Of a stretch of 64,000 nt of DNA, positions 36,511 through 63,415 are shown piece after piece. Positions within the stretch are counted from its first letter, which is position 1. Each line of letters opens with the position of its first letter. The stretch is from Macrostomum hystrix (Eukaryota > Animalia > Platyhelminthes), in assembly GCA_950097015.1 (NCBI GenBank), contig CATNEN010000003.1, positions 12,276,001-12,340,000 on the forward strand, written 5' to 3'. A model generated the notes under the pieces. It was not told the origin of the DNA and did not search any database. It worked only from the letters and a program-made list of their open reading frames with translations. The position numbers and the translations under genes are program-made.

Positions 36511-37806
36511 GAGCCTATTATTCAAAAGTATTTTAGCTTGATTCAAAAAGTGACAGAAGCGAATCTAAAAATGTAGGTTTAATTCAAGGTCATTCGGTCA
36601 TCAAGGATTTCAACTGCATCTGATCAATAAAGTTAACACATTATAAAACTTTGGCTCATGCTTGCCTATTAAACAATTTGAATAAGCATTACCTTTCCTG
36701 ATTGAATCGAACGACTACAATTGCGTCATTCTTTGATTTATTGATATTGATACAATTTCATATTTCTATATTAATTTTTACTGTATTCATTTGATTCGTA
36801 CTTTGATTTCCTTGTTAAAGTGAAACATGATTAGTAATAATTTTAAGCTAGTAGCTTAAGAGTTAAAAATGTTGAAGCGCAATAAATAAAATAGAAAATC
36901 TAAGGTCGTCGTTTATTATGCCACTAATTAATTTTTTGAACTAGCCTTGACGTTAATTGCCTCATTACCTTCGAATAACGAAATAATTAGCAAATAACTC
37001 TCAGGTAATTACAATTGGTAAATATTATTTTTAGATAACAGTACCCGAAAGTAAAAAACAACAAAATTTGAAACAAATGTCGAACAGGTTTTCTTTTTTT
37101 CAATTTTTGGGGTGCTTTTTTCAAGTCTTGCTTTATTTTTTTTTACTCTGTGCGCAATAAGGGCGTGAATAGGATCAGATCAAGTTGCTTTTTTATATTT
37201 AGTTTTGTACATAGGGACACTATAAATATGCATTCAACTCAACATTAGTTTGTTGTTGTAATCATACTTTAATATTCTAAACACCAATTTTACAGAGTCT
37301 GATAGTTAAATCATTGGTAATAATATATGAATAATATAGAAATTTGTCGAAATAAGACACTGAATTAGTGTTACTATTATTGTTTGCTGTTATTATTCAA
37401 CACACAGGGTCAGTCTATACAGTCAATACAGTCCTGTCACTATAGACTCTAATTTGTACTTGAATTTACATTTCATCAACAGTTTAGACACTTGTAACAA
37501 AGCAACTGACCAACTGAACTCAATTAAAGTCAAAAGAGTGCCAGACAAATTATTTTTAATCTCCAACAGATGATTAACCAGAGAATAGAAATATAAACTT
37601 TGGAAAGAAGTGAGATACCGACAGGTGGGGAGTAAACAGTTCGCTGACGCAACTAGCTTATGCGTATCAATCGATTTAGTAAAAAATAATATTATTAAGA
37701 AGAGAGCACTGGTTTTAACAGTGTAGTAGTAATAATAACAATAGTAGTTTTATAAACAAACGTACTTAACCGTTTAGCAGTTGGGAAAGACCCACTCACT
37801 GGCTAA

Positions 37807-38227
37807 CCCTGTAAAAAATTCGGCTGCTTCTTCGGCGGGTTTTTTGAGCAAAATAGGAGTGGAATCTACCAAAATCCCCCCCTATCTCGCAAGAGTTAAA
37901 GAAACCACCCAGGAAGCAGCCGATGTAACCGTAAATTGTGCGGAAACCGCAGAAGAATCACCCGAACTAGTGGCCCATGGGACAGCCAGAGAATTATTTA
38001 CGGGCGATTCCTCGGCGGTTTCTGAGCATGGAATCTTCTGAACTGGAGGATTCTTTGGGTGATTCCATTTCGCCACCAAGAAGGACCGAGAAAACGCCCA
38101 GTTGGGTAGATTCTAAGCATGGAATCATCCGATTGGTATATTTCCAGCGGTCGGCTGTTTCTTTTTCTGGAAACACCGCAGATTCCAACTGGAATCACCC
38201 AAAGAAACATCCCTATTCTTTAGCGGG
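37807..38227 (+). mobile_element. about 420 bp interspersed repeat, copy 2
   Basis: Near-identical to 46178-46596 and 11543-11961. Confidence 0.8.
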
Positions 38228-39001
38228 AAATTAGTTTTACGTGGATCATATTGAGTATATTACTCAGAGAAAATTAGTTTTCTTATGTGTGCTGATATTA
38301 CATATGGTTTGCATTGCTTCAATAAGGTGAATAACTAACTACTTTTGTTACTACTACTACTACTAGTACTACTACTGGTGCGACTACTACAAGTAATATA
38401 AAAGGAGAGAAGAGAGAAGAGTAATCGCAGTGATAGCGGCTATCATGTGTTCTGTATGATTTGCGAAGCATCGAAATAAAAACAGGACAAAAAACAGAAA
38501 GAAGAAACCAACCAACGGATAAACAAACGGCAAATAAGCAAGCGAGAAAACACAACTACACACAAACAAGCGGAACACTGGGTAGGGCTATAGCAGTTTT
38601 AAGAAACGTTAGTGCTTTTGAAAATGTATGCGAAAATTAGTAATCAATAATTTACGGATTTGATGCAGCAAGAGAAGACTAAATGATAAAAAAACTGAAA
38701 AAAAACGCCGAAAGACCGGCAACAGACACATTTCAGTTATAACAAAACAAAAGAGGAATCGGCCGGTTGAGTAATGAACACCGAGAGTTCAGAGAGAGGA
38801 AAACAGCGGCACAATGAAATGAATAGGGAGCAACAACACTGGGATTTCATGCTTGGGCAGCGGGGAGGCTACAAAAGGCATGGTTATATTATGAATAACA
38901 AGCGTAGTAAAAAAAGACAGACAAAGGGGACGATTATTTTAGCCGGCAGTTGAAACTATGGGATTGAATCAATAGTGTGAATGTTTTCAAATTTTCTTTT
39001 A

Positions 39002-51601
<12,600 letters not shown>

Positions 51602-54051
51602 TCTGCTGTGGGGCCTGCATTTGGATTTGCAACCCTAAAGGCAGACCAAAAGAAACTGGAACAGGAACAGGAGCATGATAGGTGTTTCTTCAGATAGCAA
51701 AAATATACAGCACACAATTTTTTTATATTTCTATATAACTAAGCTATAGACTACTGGTTATTGTGGCTTTTCTAAAAAGACGTCTAAAATTACAGTTTTT
51801 TCTGCAAACAAAGAAATTTGTTACATGGGAAAAACATTGTGTAACAATATTAAATTGTTACATTGTTACAAAAAGCAAATATTAAATGGATTGGATCATT
51901 GGATCACAACTCAACACATAAGAATTAAAGTAAGAATATTTTGTCTTGGTTATTTTACCTGGAACAAAAATATAAGCTAGTAATTATTTATATTTTCATC
52001 ATTTCATAATTACTGGCCCTATCCAAAATTTTCAACTTACAAGATGCAGACACTCATTCAAATATTTTTCTTATAACTTAAATAACCCTACAGATTTTGT
52101 TCCCATACAGCTATATTTTTGTTACTAGTTGTATGAGCTTCGCAATGCCTGTGGCAGATTATGGTCAACATAAATCAATTTGCAACAATATTGGTTTGAC
52201 CAAATTCAAAGATGTTAGCTTGGACCTAGATCACTAGTTTTTAGAAACATTTTCAACAAATTTACAGAATAGATATTTAAACTCACTTTTAACAAGTCAT
52301 TCAGAATTTCTAAAGACAGATATAGCCTTATCTGTAGATGGTATAGTATCTAGCCTAATTAAAAAGAATTTATAAAGAATTTCAAGGTGTGTACTATGAA
52401 CAAACATGTAGATACATGTGTTATGTGTACTATACAAAGTTCATGTTATGATCCTAGTATACCAATAGAGCAAACTTCTATATTACATAGCATCAAATAC
52501 CTAAACATATGGCAGAATATGCCAATACATAAATTATGCTACTTTAAAACATCAAAGAATGATTTTTTTGAATATATAGGGCTCAGATCCAAGGGTTATA
52601 AATGGTTGGAATAAATGTAGAACCTTTGTAGAATCTGGTATAAGACTAGGCTTACCTAAACTAATTTTATCAAGGCAATCTAGGATTTTGAAAATGTTTT
52701 AATCAATGTAGCAATTAAATTAAGTCGTTACATCAACATTTAAATTATTGGAAAGGAAATAAACAGACAGCTATATTTTTACATTATTATTATATATGGC
52801 CTAAAATGGTATTTTGCCCTATATTTAATTCCCTTTTACAATTTTACACTCTTACAAACTATTCTATAGAACTAAACAATAATAAAATGACAGCAATATG
52901 ACTAAGTGAATTGTCAATAGGTTTTCTTAATTGTGTTTATAACTTGGTAAAAATGGGCAACCCAAAAAGTTTTAAAAAAATATTTTTTCAACATTTGTGG
53001 TGCTGGTGTCTCTGGCCAGCATGCCACAGCCTTTGTGTTTGGCCAGTTTGTGTGGTGCGGCCTTGGTCCTCACCCTCCCACCATCCTGGCTCAGAGTGCC
53101 TGGTGCTGCCATCTGATTGGCTAGGTGCGGCATTGTGTGCCTATCCTACCCCAGCCCTGCATGGCTTTGCCCTCACGCCAATCAGCTCTTTGTAGCTTAG
53201 CCTGTCCACCCATCCTGTACATTCAGCCCTACCCCCCAGCATGCTATAGGCTTTATTTGTGCTCTGCCCCTGTCTGCCCCCTTGTTTGCCCTAGTGGTAT
53301 TGTTTTCTGCCCGTGCCAAAGATACCACTCGTGACCCCCCTCCCATTGATGTTCCAAAAGTGATTAATCTTAAAAAAAACCATTCAAATTACTAAATTCC
53401 TATTAAGTGAAATTACATGTTTCACAAAGTCAAACAATACTAAGAGTCTAAATTGTTTGAACTCTCTGAACATTTACTTTTGTCTACTGTATTCCTAAAT
53501 CTGTTGATCTTTGAAAAAAATCTATTAATTGACACTAAAATAAGTTAGAGTAACATTTTTGTATGATCTGCAATGAAATCCAAGATATTTCATGCCTGTT
53601 TTAATTTGAACCTGATTTTCTAAAAACTGTTTTGATGAAATTGAAATTTATAAAACTTTATTTTGATTAAACTTTTAAACAATTAAAGCAAAAATATCAC
53701 ACCAGATTATAATGCAGACAGTCACTTTTTTAAACTAGTTGAAATATTTTAACAACTTTGCATGTTACAATGATAAATAAAGGCAAACATTGCAACATGT
53801 GCTAATATGACTACTACAGCCATAAGATGTAGTAAAAAAAACAACCCACTTAAAAGTTTAAAATAACTTGTTTTACTATATTATTCTTAGAAAGACAAGT
53901 ATCGTTTTTTAACAATATCAAATGCTATTTATTCAGTGCATGTATAAGCCTAGCCCACTTGCTCTCTTGCACCTTTACAAGCTTTTTGACTTAACATATA
54001 AATATAGTTTATATTTACTAATAAAGTCAAAGTTAACTACTTAGACTCAAA

Positions 54052-54890
54052 GGATGCTAGACACTTCGTCATCTTACAACTTCGTCATCCACTTGGAAGG
54101 TAGGACACTTCGTCATCTAGCCAATTGGCATGCTTTAAAGTTTGGTCAGTTTGTCTTCTACTAATAACAGGCAATCAAGTTCGTCATAAATAAAGTGAGG
54201 GTAGGATGGTGGGGCAGAGGTGTGAACACATTTCACACTTTAAATTATTAAAAAGAGGTGTCAAAACTGATTTCATTATAGTCTGTTGTTATTTGTCCAG
54301 TTAACCAGACAAATAGCCATTTGATTATTTGTCCGCTTAATAGGTTAACCACCCAAGGACTTAATTTCTCCCCTTCCAATGAGCTGGAGCAACGATCCTT
54401 CCAAAGACCACTCTTGCCATGCTAATAGCCATCTTGAGTCTTGACCTCACAAAGACCAAACTATAGCCTTGAACTAAGTTAGTCCCTGAAACAACCGAAT
54501 TTCTGGAAAAGGTTTTTATTTTTTTAACTAGTTAATGAGCTAAAATAATTTGAGACAAACTTTAAATCTGAATGACTGTCCTTTTGCAGCTTGTTAATTA
54601 TTTTCTTACAAATGATAGAGGTTCTCGTGGTAGCGCTACAATGCCTTATAACTTAGTTGTAAGTTATAACTCGGTTAACCGGACAAATAACAACTGCCTT
54701 CATTATAAGAGTTGAAAGATAGGTGCCAACACAAGGTGAGGAGGGGTGGTTCTGTTATAACTTTGAAAACTTGTTTTATAGAGGACGAAGTGTCCACAAG
54801 TCTAAGTCTCTTTGTCATCCACCCTCTGAGATATTGGACAGATCGTCATCTGGATGATGAAGTTGTAAGATGACAATGTGTGCAGGTACC
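54052..54890. mobile_element. MITE with about 40 bp TIRs and 8 bp TSD
   Basis: TIR core GTCATCTTACAACTTCRTCATCCA is mirrored; GACTCAAA flanks both ends. Confidence 0.85.
54281..54698. mobile_element. Mutator-like MITE nested in the previous element
   Basis: TIRs GTTGTTATTTGTCCRGTTAACC; perfect 9 bp TSD TTCATTATA. Confidence 0.85.
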
Positions 54891-56039
54891 GACTCAAACA
54901 CAGAAATGGATCTTGTTGACACAAACTTGGTTTTACTATTTTGCTAACTAATAAATTCAAATAGGCCCTAACAAATTATTTCTGCATCACTGTCAACCCC
55001 ATTAACAAAAAAATAATCTTTCTGTTTAGATAACATTATGTATTATTTTACAATATGGCTAATCCAGATTGATGATATAATGGTCTTGGGCTGAAATGGT
55101 TGTGGCAAAAATGATTATGGCAGAAACAACTGGTCACCACTAGGCTGAGTCTAGGCCCTATGGCCTAGGGTATGTAACACCTCATGAATCTTTAGAAGCA
55201 TATTGTAGGTGCGCATAATATTTTTATGGTGACTTTAAAGATATACTTTAATACAGAGTTGCTAATGTCCTAACTTCAATTAGTGGCCAAATATAAAATG
55301 ATTAATTGATTAACAAAGTGTTATATTCAATCCTAATAGAAGTGCGATATTAATTGTGCATGAGTGTGGCCAAAAAGTAGCAATGGTGCATTAGCTCAAT
55401 ATTGAGCTCAATAGCTACACCATTCTTTTTGGAGGCTTGTCATTTTATCAACTTCGTTTTCGCTTTTAGGCTAAAACGCATGTGAAAAGAAATCATCTTT
55501 AAATTTTGCGTCACACTTTGTTCTGAAGTAATTGTCTGTTTGTCTATTTGCTATTTTGCTTTTGATTTAAATGGTTTGTATGCTACTATTGTTTTCTTTC
55601 TGTGTACTCTTTTATGCAGTTTTGTATTTTATAATCAAGACTTGATGATAATTTGTTATAAAAATGTATTACGAATATATTCGAATTCCGTTGCGTATGA
55701 ATATTGGATTTAAACAAAAGATCGCGTATCAAGTCGTTCTAAACTTTTTCCAGTTAACAAAATGTAAACACGGGCTTTTTACCATAGATAATAAATTACT
55801 ATTCATTGCGCATTATTTTGGAAATATGTGTTTGGTTTGACTAACATGGAGCAGTTCAAACTTGATTAGTGGAGGTTTGCGGAGAGCGGAATTAATTTAC
55901 CATTTACCATGAATTTACCATGTTAGTGCGTAGCCAGTCCAAGGACCACTGTAGTATAGTTATTAGTTATAATCTTGTGGTCGTTTAGCCAGTCATGGAG
56001 GTTGAAGAACTTGCGGAGATTAAATAATTAGCGGATAGA

Positions 56040-58050
56040 ATAAACGGATTTTGAATAATTACGGGATTTTGAAGAATTACGGGATTTTGAAGAATTACGG
56101 GATGTTGAAGAATTAGCGGAGTTTGAGGACTTAGCAAAGGTTGTAAAACTAATGGAGCTTGAATAACTAGTGGAGGTTTAAATATTAGCGGAGGTTGAAC
56201 AATTAGCGGAGGTCGGTAAACAACTGAATGTTGGTAAATTAGCGAAGGTTGAGGAATTAGCTTAGGTTAGAGAATTAGCAGAGGTTGAAGAACTAGCGTA
56301 GTTTCAAGTACTAGCGGAGGACGAACAATTAGCGGAGGTCGGTAAACTAGCGGATGGTCCTAAATTTGAGTAGGTTGGTAAATTAGCCGTGGCATTATCG
56401 GAGGATATAGTGAATTAGCGGAGGTTGGTGAATTAGCGCAGGTTGGTGAATTAGCAGAGGTTGGTGAATTAGCTGAGGTTAGTAAATTAGCGGGGGTTAG
56501 TAAATTTGCGGAGGTTAGTTAATTAGCGGGGGTTAGTTAATTAGCTGGGGTTAGTATTAGTAAATTAGCGGGGTTAATAAATTAGCGGGGTTAGTTAATT
56601 AGCGGAGGTTAGTTAATTAGCTGGGGTTAGTTAATTAGCGGAGGTTAGTAAATTAGCGGGGTTAGTTAATTAGCGGAGGTTAGTGAATTAGAGGGGGTTA
56701 GTTAATTAGCTGGGGTTAGTTAATTAGCGGAGGTTAGTAAATTAGCGGGGTTAGTTAATTATCGGAGGTTAGTAAATTAGCGGGGTTAGTTAATTAGCGG
56801 AGGTTAGTGAATTAGAGGGGGTTAGTTAATTAGCTGGGGTTAGTTAATTAGCGGAGGTTAGTAAATTAGCGGGGTTAGTTAATTAGAGGGGGTTAGTGAA
56901 TTAGCGGGGTTAGTTAATTAGCGGAGGTTAGTGAATTAGAGGGGGTTAGTTAATTAGAGGGGGTTAGTTAATTAGACGGGGTTAGTTAATTATAGGGGGT
57001 TAGTTAATTAGAGGGGGTTAGTTAATTAGAGGGGGTTAGTTAATTAGAGGGGTTAGTTAATTAGAGGGGTTAGTTAATTAGCGGGGTTAGTTAATTAGAG
57101 GGGGTTAGTTAATTAGAGGGGGTTAGTTAATTAGCGGGGTTAGTTAATTAGAGGGGGTTAGTTAATTAGCGGGGGTTGGTGAAATAGCGGAGGTTGTTAA
57201 ATTAGAGGAGGTTGGTGAATTAGAGGAGGTTGGTGAATTAGCGGAGGTTGGTGAATTAGCTGAGGTTAGTAAATTAGCGGGGGTTAGTAAATTTGCGGAG
57301 GTTAGTAAATTTGCGGGGGTTAGTAAATTTGCGGAGGTTAGTAAATTTGCGGAGGTTAGTAAATTTGCGGGGGTTAGTAAATTTGCGGGGGTTAGTAAAT
57401 TTGCGGAGGTTAGTTAATTAGCGGAGTTAGTTAATTAGAGGGGGTTAGTTAATTAGAGGGGTTGGTTAATTAGAGGGGGTTAGTTAATTAGCGGGGGTTG
57501 GTGAAATAGCGGAGGTTGTTAAATTAGAGGAGGTTGGTGAATTAGAGGAGGTTGGTGAATTAGCGGAGGTTGGTGAATTAGAGGAGGTTGGTGAATTAGA
57601 GGAGGTTGGTGAATTAGAGGAGGTTGGTGAATTAGAGGAGGTTGGTGAATTAGCGGAGGTTGGTGAATTAGAGGAGGTTGGTGAATTAGCGGAGGTTGTT
57701 AAATTAGAGGAGGTTGGTGAATTAGCGGAGGTTGTTAAATTAGAGGAGGTTGGTGAATTAGCGGAGGTTGTTAAATTAGAGGAGGTTGGTGAATTAGCGG
57801 AGGTTGTTAAATTAGAGGAGGTTGGTGAATTAGCGGAGGTTGTTAAATTAGAGGAGGTTGGTGAATTAGCGGAGGTTGTTAAATTAGAGGAGGTTGGTGA
57901 ATTAGCGGAGGTTGTTAAATTAGAGGAGGTTGGTGAATTAGCGGAGGTTGTTAAATTAGAGGAGGTTGGTGAATTAGCGGAGGTTGTTAAATTAGAGGAG
58001 GTTGGTGAATTAGCGGAGGTTGGTGAATTAGAGGAGGTTGGTGAATTAGC
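56040..58050. repeat. 19-20 bp minisatellite, intergenic
   Basis: Unit AATTAGCGGAGGTTAGTA-like, degenerate at the left edge and homogeneous at the right. Confidence 0.95.
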
Positions 58051-58632
58051 AAGGGTTAGTAAATTAGCATATTTTTGTAATTTAACAAAGGTTCAAGTAT
58101 ATTTCTTTTTTAGAATATTTGAAGCATTAGTCAGTTTTCTAGATTTTTTAAAGCAAAAAGTGAAGAACTTAATATTCTTTTGTTCGTCACAGACTTGTCT
58201 GATAATATTTATTCAACCGTGAGTATGTTTGCAAACAAAAACTGCAAAAGATGGGTGGAGTTTAATTATTTCATTCGGTTGAGCAAACCCTATCAGCTTT
58301 TCACATTCCCAGTAAGATTAAATTTTTTGCGCAAAGCTAATTTTGATTATCTGGGGCAACGGAGGGAGCCTACTTGACTTTGTATTCCATTCGCTTTCAT
58401 AAGCAGATGATTTAATTATGAAGATCGAACTAAACACTATAAGTGTGAGCGAATTTCGGCTCTTTAAATACTTCAGTTTACTTATCTGGATGCTGCAAGC
58501 ATGCTTTCTATTCTTACGCTTCACTAAATAAAAAACAAATCGAATAAAATATTCGATCGTGTACAAAATAAACTAGAAAAAACACAAGCATATCAAAATC
58601 AGATCTTCAAATCTTTACATGAGTTACCGATT

Positions 58633-59133
58633 CAGTGTGCTACACCTTGATTACCTCAGTGTGCTACACCTTGATTACCTCAGTGTGCTACACCTTGATT
58701 ACCTCAGTGTGCTACACCTTGATTACCTCAGTGTGCTACACCTTGATTACCTCAGTGTGCTACACCTTGATTACCTCAGTGTGCTACACCTTGATTACCT
58801 CAGTGTGCTACACCTTGATTACCTCAGTGTGCTACACCTTGATTACCTCAGTGTGCTACACCTTGATTACCTCAGTGTGCTACACCTTGATTACCTCAGT
58901 GTGCTACACCTTGATTACCTCAGTGTGCTACACCTTGATTACCTCAGTGTGCTACACCTTGATTACCTCAGTGTGCTACACCTTGATTACCTCAGTGTGC
59001 TACACCTTGATTACCTCAGTGTGCTACACCTTGATTACCTCAGTGTGCTACACCTTGATTACCTCAGTGTGCTACACCTTGATTACCTCAGTGTGCTACA
59101 CCTTGATTACTCTTGTGTGCTACACCTTGATTA
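58633..59133. repeat. 24 bp near-perfect tandem repeat
   Basis: Unit CAGTGTGCTACACCTTGATTACCT, about 21 copies, no spacers. Confidence 0.97.
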
Positions 59134-59657
59134 CTTATTTTGGTCCGTAATCGTCGGCTATGCTAAGAAGATTTTACTTCATGGTAAATGTATCCCTATA
59201 GGCATTCATATAAGAATAAAATCAAAGGGAAAATGCCGCCTCTGCTTAGCTCATAGCGGTGCGCCATAATTATAATCGATTGCGCAATTAATCAAGATTA
59301 TTGTCACCGGCGGTGTTTCTCTTGTGATCTTTTTAACCTTAAGCACGCAGTTATAGTGCGCATCTGTGTACCAACATTTATCTGAGTAGTGATTTCATTG
59401 ACAACGATTAAACCGGTGCTGCCTAATATAAGTCTTTTAGTCTACAAAAATGTAGCCTAGGAAATTCAGGTGCAAGGAATTAGCGAATGACCTAACAGTA
59501 ATAAATTTGTCGACTAGTTCAGTGCAGGTGCTTAATCTCACTGATGAAATTTGGGTGAGAATTATTCATTTTTAATTCTCACTTGATTATTTTTAATCTT
59601 AGCTATGACGCAATTATCTAGAGCGATCCGGACACCTGGAAGATCAGCTCGCCCGCC

Positions 59658-59771
59658 ATTGGCTAGAAAACAAGCGCCGTCAGCCAATTAGATCAATCGC
59701 TTCACCGCTTCTAATTATACCGACCGACTAATATACTCACCCTTGCTCACTTCACTGCTCACTATTTAAAT
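59658..59771 (+). promoter_or_regulatory. candidate Pol II promoter (two CCAAT boxes, TATTTAAA)
   Basis: ATTGG at ~59658, CCAAT at ~59683 and TATTTAAAT at ~59763, upstream of the ATG at 59846. Confidence 0.4.
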
Positions 59772-59845
59772 AGACTCAAACTCGCTCTGAGGATTTTAAC
59801 CAGACGCGAATAACAATTTCCTGACAATCGACTCATCAGCTCAGC

Positions 59846-62800
59846 ATGGAGATCTTGTCCCCAGCCACACACTGCTCAAGCTCAGATGGCATTCTCAGCT
59901 GCGGACTGAGCTATGCCACGGCCTCACTTGGACGAAGGTAAGACAAGTTATTCAGTAAAGTATTTTTTAATTGGCTCCTATCACGGTTTTCTTCCAAATC
60001 TCTTACAAAAAAGAAAAGATTAAGAATGTAAATACCCACCTTGTATGTTAGATCATAGTGGTTTTTGCCATACGAGAATCTCGTAGAATCTATTTATCTT
60101 CTATTGTAATAAACATTAAAAAATAAGTTAAGCGAAACTGAAGTTACCTGCTTGTGTTTTTTTCATCACCTCTTCCTTGTCCTGTCTCTCCCGTGTCTCA
60201 TCTCTCCCGTGTCTCATCTATCCCGTGTCTCATCTATCCCGTGTCTCATCTCTCCCGTGTCTCATCTATCCCGTGTCTCATCTATCCCGTGTCTCATCTC
60301 TCCCGTGTCTCATCTATCCCGTGTCTCATCTATCCCGTGTCTCATCTCTCCCGTGTCTCATCTATCCCGTGTCTCATCTCTCCCGTGTCTCATCTCTCCT
60401 GTCTCATTTCTCCACTATCTCAAATTTCCGTCTATTAGGTTCTCTATTCGACCCGTTAGCTAATAAGTTTGCCGACCCTTGGCTTGGCGTAATTGTGGGA
60501 ATCAGCCACTCAAGCCTAAATTCTTCCAAACACAGGAGTGCATGGGCTTTCTGTTCAAAATTTTATTTATAATGCTCGCTTTAAAAATAATTACTGCACC
60601 CCGAGTCATCGACAATGCTGAAACATATTCTCAAAAAACCTACTAACCGATAGGCTTCCCTGCAGGCGACCGCCGACGCCGCTGTCTCACCTGGCTGGCG
60701 CCGGGCTGCCTCCTAGCACGCCGCCGTCTCTTGGCTGTCGACGCCGCTTTGAAATTGTCCATGGCACGCCGCCGCGATCTCCGGCACCTCGCGCGCGCCA
60801 GCAGCATCAGCCATTGGAGGCGACGCCGGGCATTCCCGCGCCCAGCCGCATAGCAACCAATCCTCGGTGTCGAAGGCGCCCAGAACTGGTTACTATGGCG
60901 ACTAGAACGCCAGTAGCGCCGTTGGATTCGATTCCAAAGGAACTGGAAGAGAAGCAACAACAGCAACAACAGCAGCAGACGCCACTCTATGAAGGCCAAG
61001 CCGCGGTGCCAACACCTGGAAGCAGTTGGACTCTGAAACGACTGGCAGGCAGAATCCGGCGGACAATGAGCTCCGCCACCTCGGAGCCCCCGGAGACACC
61101 CAAGCCTGATCAGCGCAAGAAACCAGCGGCTCTCCACCGCCTGTTGCGTCATCTGCTGGCTGGCCCAGCCACTGCAGCCTGCGCGAGCGGTAGGGTGCTC
61201 AAACTGCACCCGGATGGGTCGAGAACTGTACTCATTCAGCGGCACGCTGGGAGTCGCTTTGGTTTCTACGTTGCCAAGGAGACGCATGGAGGTGAGATTT
61301 TGAAGGGGTATTATGAGAATTTTTGTGAGATTTTCTGGACTAGTATTAGTTTCTCTAGTGTTGTCAACTTCACAATCTCGCACTACCATAAAATCTCTTC
61401 TCTTCCCCATCTCCTCTCTTCCCAATCTCCTCTCTCCCCAGTCTCCTCTCTTCCCAATCTCCTCTCTCCCCAATCTCCTCCCCCAATCTCCTCTCTCCCC
61501 AATATCCTCTCTCCCCAATATCCTCTCTCCAATTCCAATTCCAAAAATGGAAACATGTCATGAATGTCGCGTGTTCACACTCGCTAGTTCGCTAAATTCA
61601 TATCCCGAGGCCATTTCGCCACCTCATAACTAACTGTCCACTCAGTTTAGTGGCCTCTGAAATTTTATATATAAAACTGGGTGACACAACGTGCCCGATC
61701 AAAGGAAGCTATGGTCATTAACGCATTCACCGCATAGATAGGCCACTTGGCCCATTGCCAGGAAATCATATGTATAAAAAAACTGCTAAACTGTTGGCCA
61801 AGTGGCGGTCAGTTGAACGATTGAATGATTTCGGGCATGTGGTGTTGTTGTCTCGTGGGGCTTTAAAAAATTAAGGAACTGTAGAATTGAAGACAGGTGA
61901 AACAAAGATACCGATACGCGAGAAAAAGACCTGGAAATAAGCAATCAGCTGTTTGGCAACGAACATTTTTTTAGTCTCCGTTCGACAAAAGACAAAGAAC
62001 TACAATTGTAGACTTGAAATAAAATAATGAGTCACGTATTTTCAAATTCACACGTGTTTAACCAATCCTATCTATAGGTGAGAGATTGAAGCTTATGATT
62101 TATTACTGGAAGAGATTCGGCTAATTAAGAACAATAGAAACAATAGTAAACACGCTAACCTTAGGTAGAAGGTTGAGAATTAAAGTTTACCACATGCAAC
62201 CAAGAATAGCAAATAAAGAAATTTGAAATACAGTGAGTTAATCTGAAAGCATGGAAAATGAAGGCAGGGAGAGTGAAGGGTCGGGAGAATAAAGGGTGGG
62301 AGAGTGAAGGGTGGGAGAGTGAAGGGTGGGAGAGTGAAGGGTGGGAGAATAAAGGGTGGGAGAGTGAAGGGTGGGAGAGTGAAGGGTGGGAAAGTGAAGG
62401 GGGGAGAATGAAGGGTGGGAGAATGAAGGGTCGGAGAGTGAAGGGTGGGAGAATAAAGGGTGGGAGAGTGAAGGGTGGGAGAGTGAAGGATGGGAGAGTG
62501 AAGGGTGGGAGAATAAAGGGTGGGAGAGTGAAGGGTGGGAGAGTGAAGGGTGGGAGAGTGAAGGGTGGGAGAGTGAAGGGTGGGAGAATAAAGGGTGGGA
62601 GAGTGAAGGGTGGGAGAATGAAGGGTGGGAGAATGAAGGGTCGGAGAGTGAAGGGTCGGGAGAGTGAAGGGTGGGAGAATAAAGGGTGGGAGAGTGAAGG
62701 GTGGGAGAATGAAGGGTGGGAGAATGAAGGGTCGGAGAGTGAAGGGTCGGGAGAGTGAAGGGTGGGAGAGTGAAGGGTGGGAGAGTGAAGGGTGGGAGAG

Positions 62801-63415
62801 TGAAGGGTGGGAGAGTGAAGGGTGGGAGAATAAAGGGTGGGAGAGTGAAGGGTGGGAGAGTGAAGGGTGGGAAAGTGAAGGGGGGAGAATGAAGGGTGGG
62901 AGAATGAAGGGTCGGAGAGTGAAGGGTCGGGAGAGTGAAGGGTGGGAGAATGAAGGGTGGGAGAATAAAGGGTGGGAGAGTGAAGGGTGGGAGAATGAAG
63001 TGTGGGAGAATGAAGTGTGGGAGAATGAAGTGTGGGAGAATGAAGTGTGGGAGAATGAAGTGTGGGAGAATGAATGTGAAGTGTGAATAGTGTGAATGTG
63101 AATAGTGTGAAGGGAGAGTGAAGGGAGATTAGGTATAAATTTCTGACATACATACAAGCTAGTTAAGTCAGTGTGGCTCAAGCGAAGTAGATTCGCTCAA
63201 CCAATGTCCCCACATGCAATTTTCACCAACCCGCAGGTCTAATCCTGACGAGATTCCACGATCAGGCAGCACAGCAGCGGTTTCGCGGTCTCCTGGCGCC
63301 TGGCGATCGCATCCTGGAACTGGAAGGCTTGCCGGCCAATCGCTTGAGCCTGGCTGAAATTCGGACTAGCCTTGCTCATCGGCGCAATTTGCGAGTCAGA
63401 ATGGCGAGCTACTAA
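59846..63415 (+). CDS. protein with a C-terminal PDZ domain (KIAA1614/Par6-like PDZ)
   Basis: Exons 59846-59937, 60654-61291 and 63237-63415 splice in frame. HPDGSRTVLIQRHAGSRFGFYV...GLLAPGDRILELEG is a PDZ signature. Confidence 0.78.
60150..60481 (-). mobile_element. partial hAT MITE (family of 32645-32980) carrying an expanded 17 bp minisatellite
   Basis: Ends GCTAATAAGTTTGCCGACCCTTG, the reverse of the 32645 terminus. Unit CCCGTGTCTCATCTMT at 60180-60405. Confidence 0.75.
62270..63125. repeat. 15-16 bp G-rich minisatellite in PDZ-gene intron
   Basis: Unit GAAGGGTGGGAGAGT; the GGG runs suggest G-quadruplex potential. Confidence 0.96.

Noticed and set aside
52995-53345. GC-richer island upstream of PRRC2
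   Set aside because: Probably a decayed repeat, but I recognised no motif or second copy.
58633-59133. CRISPR-like 24 bp repeat
   Set aside because: Head-to-tail with no spacers, no cas genes, eukaryotic context.
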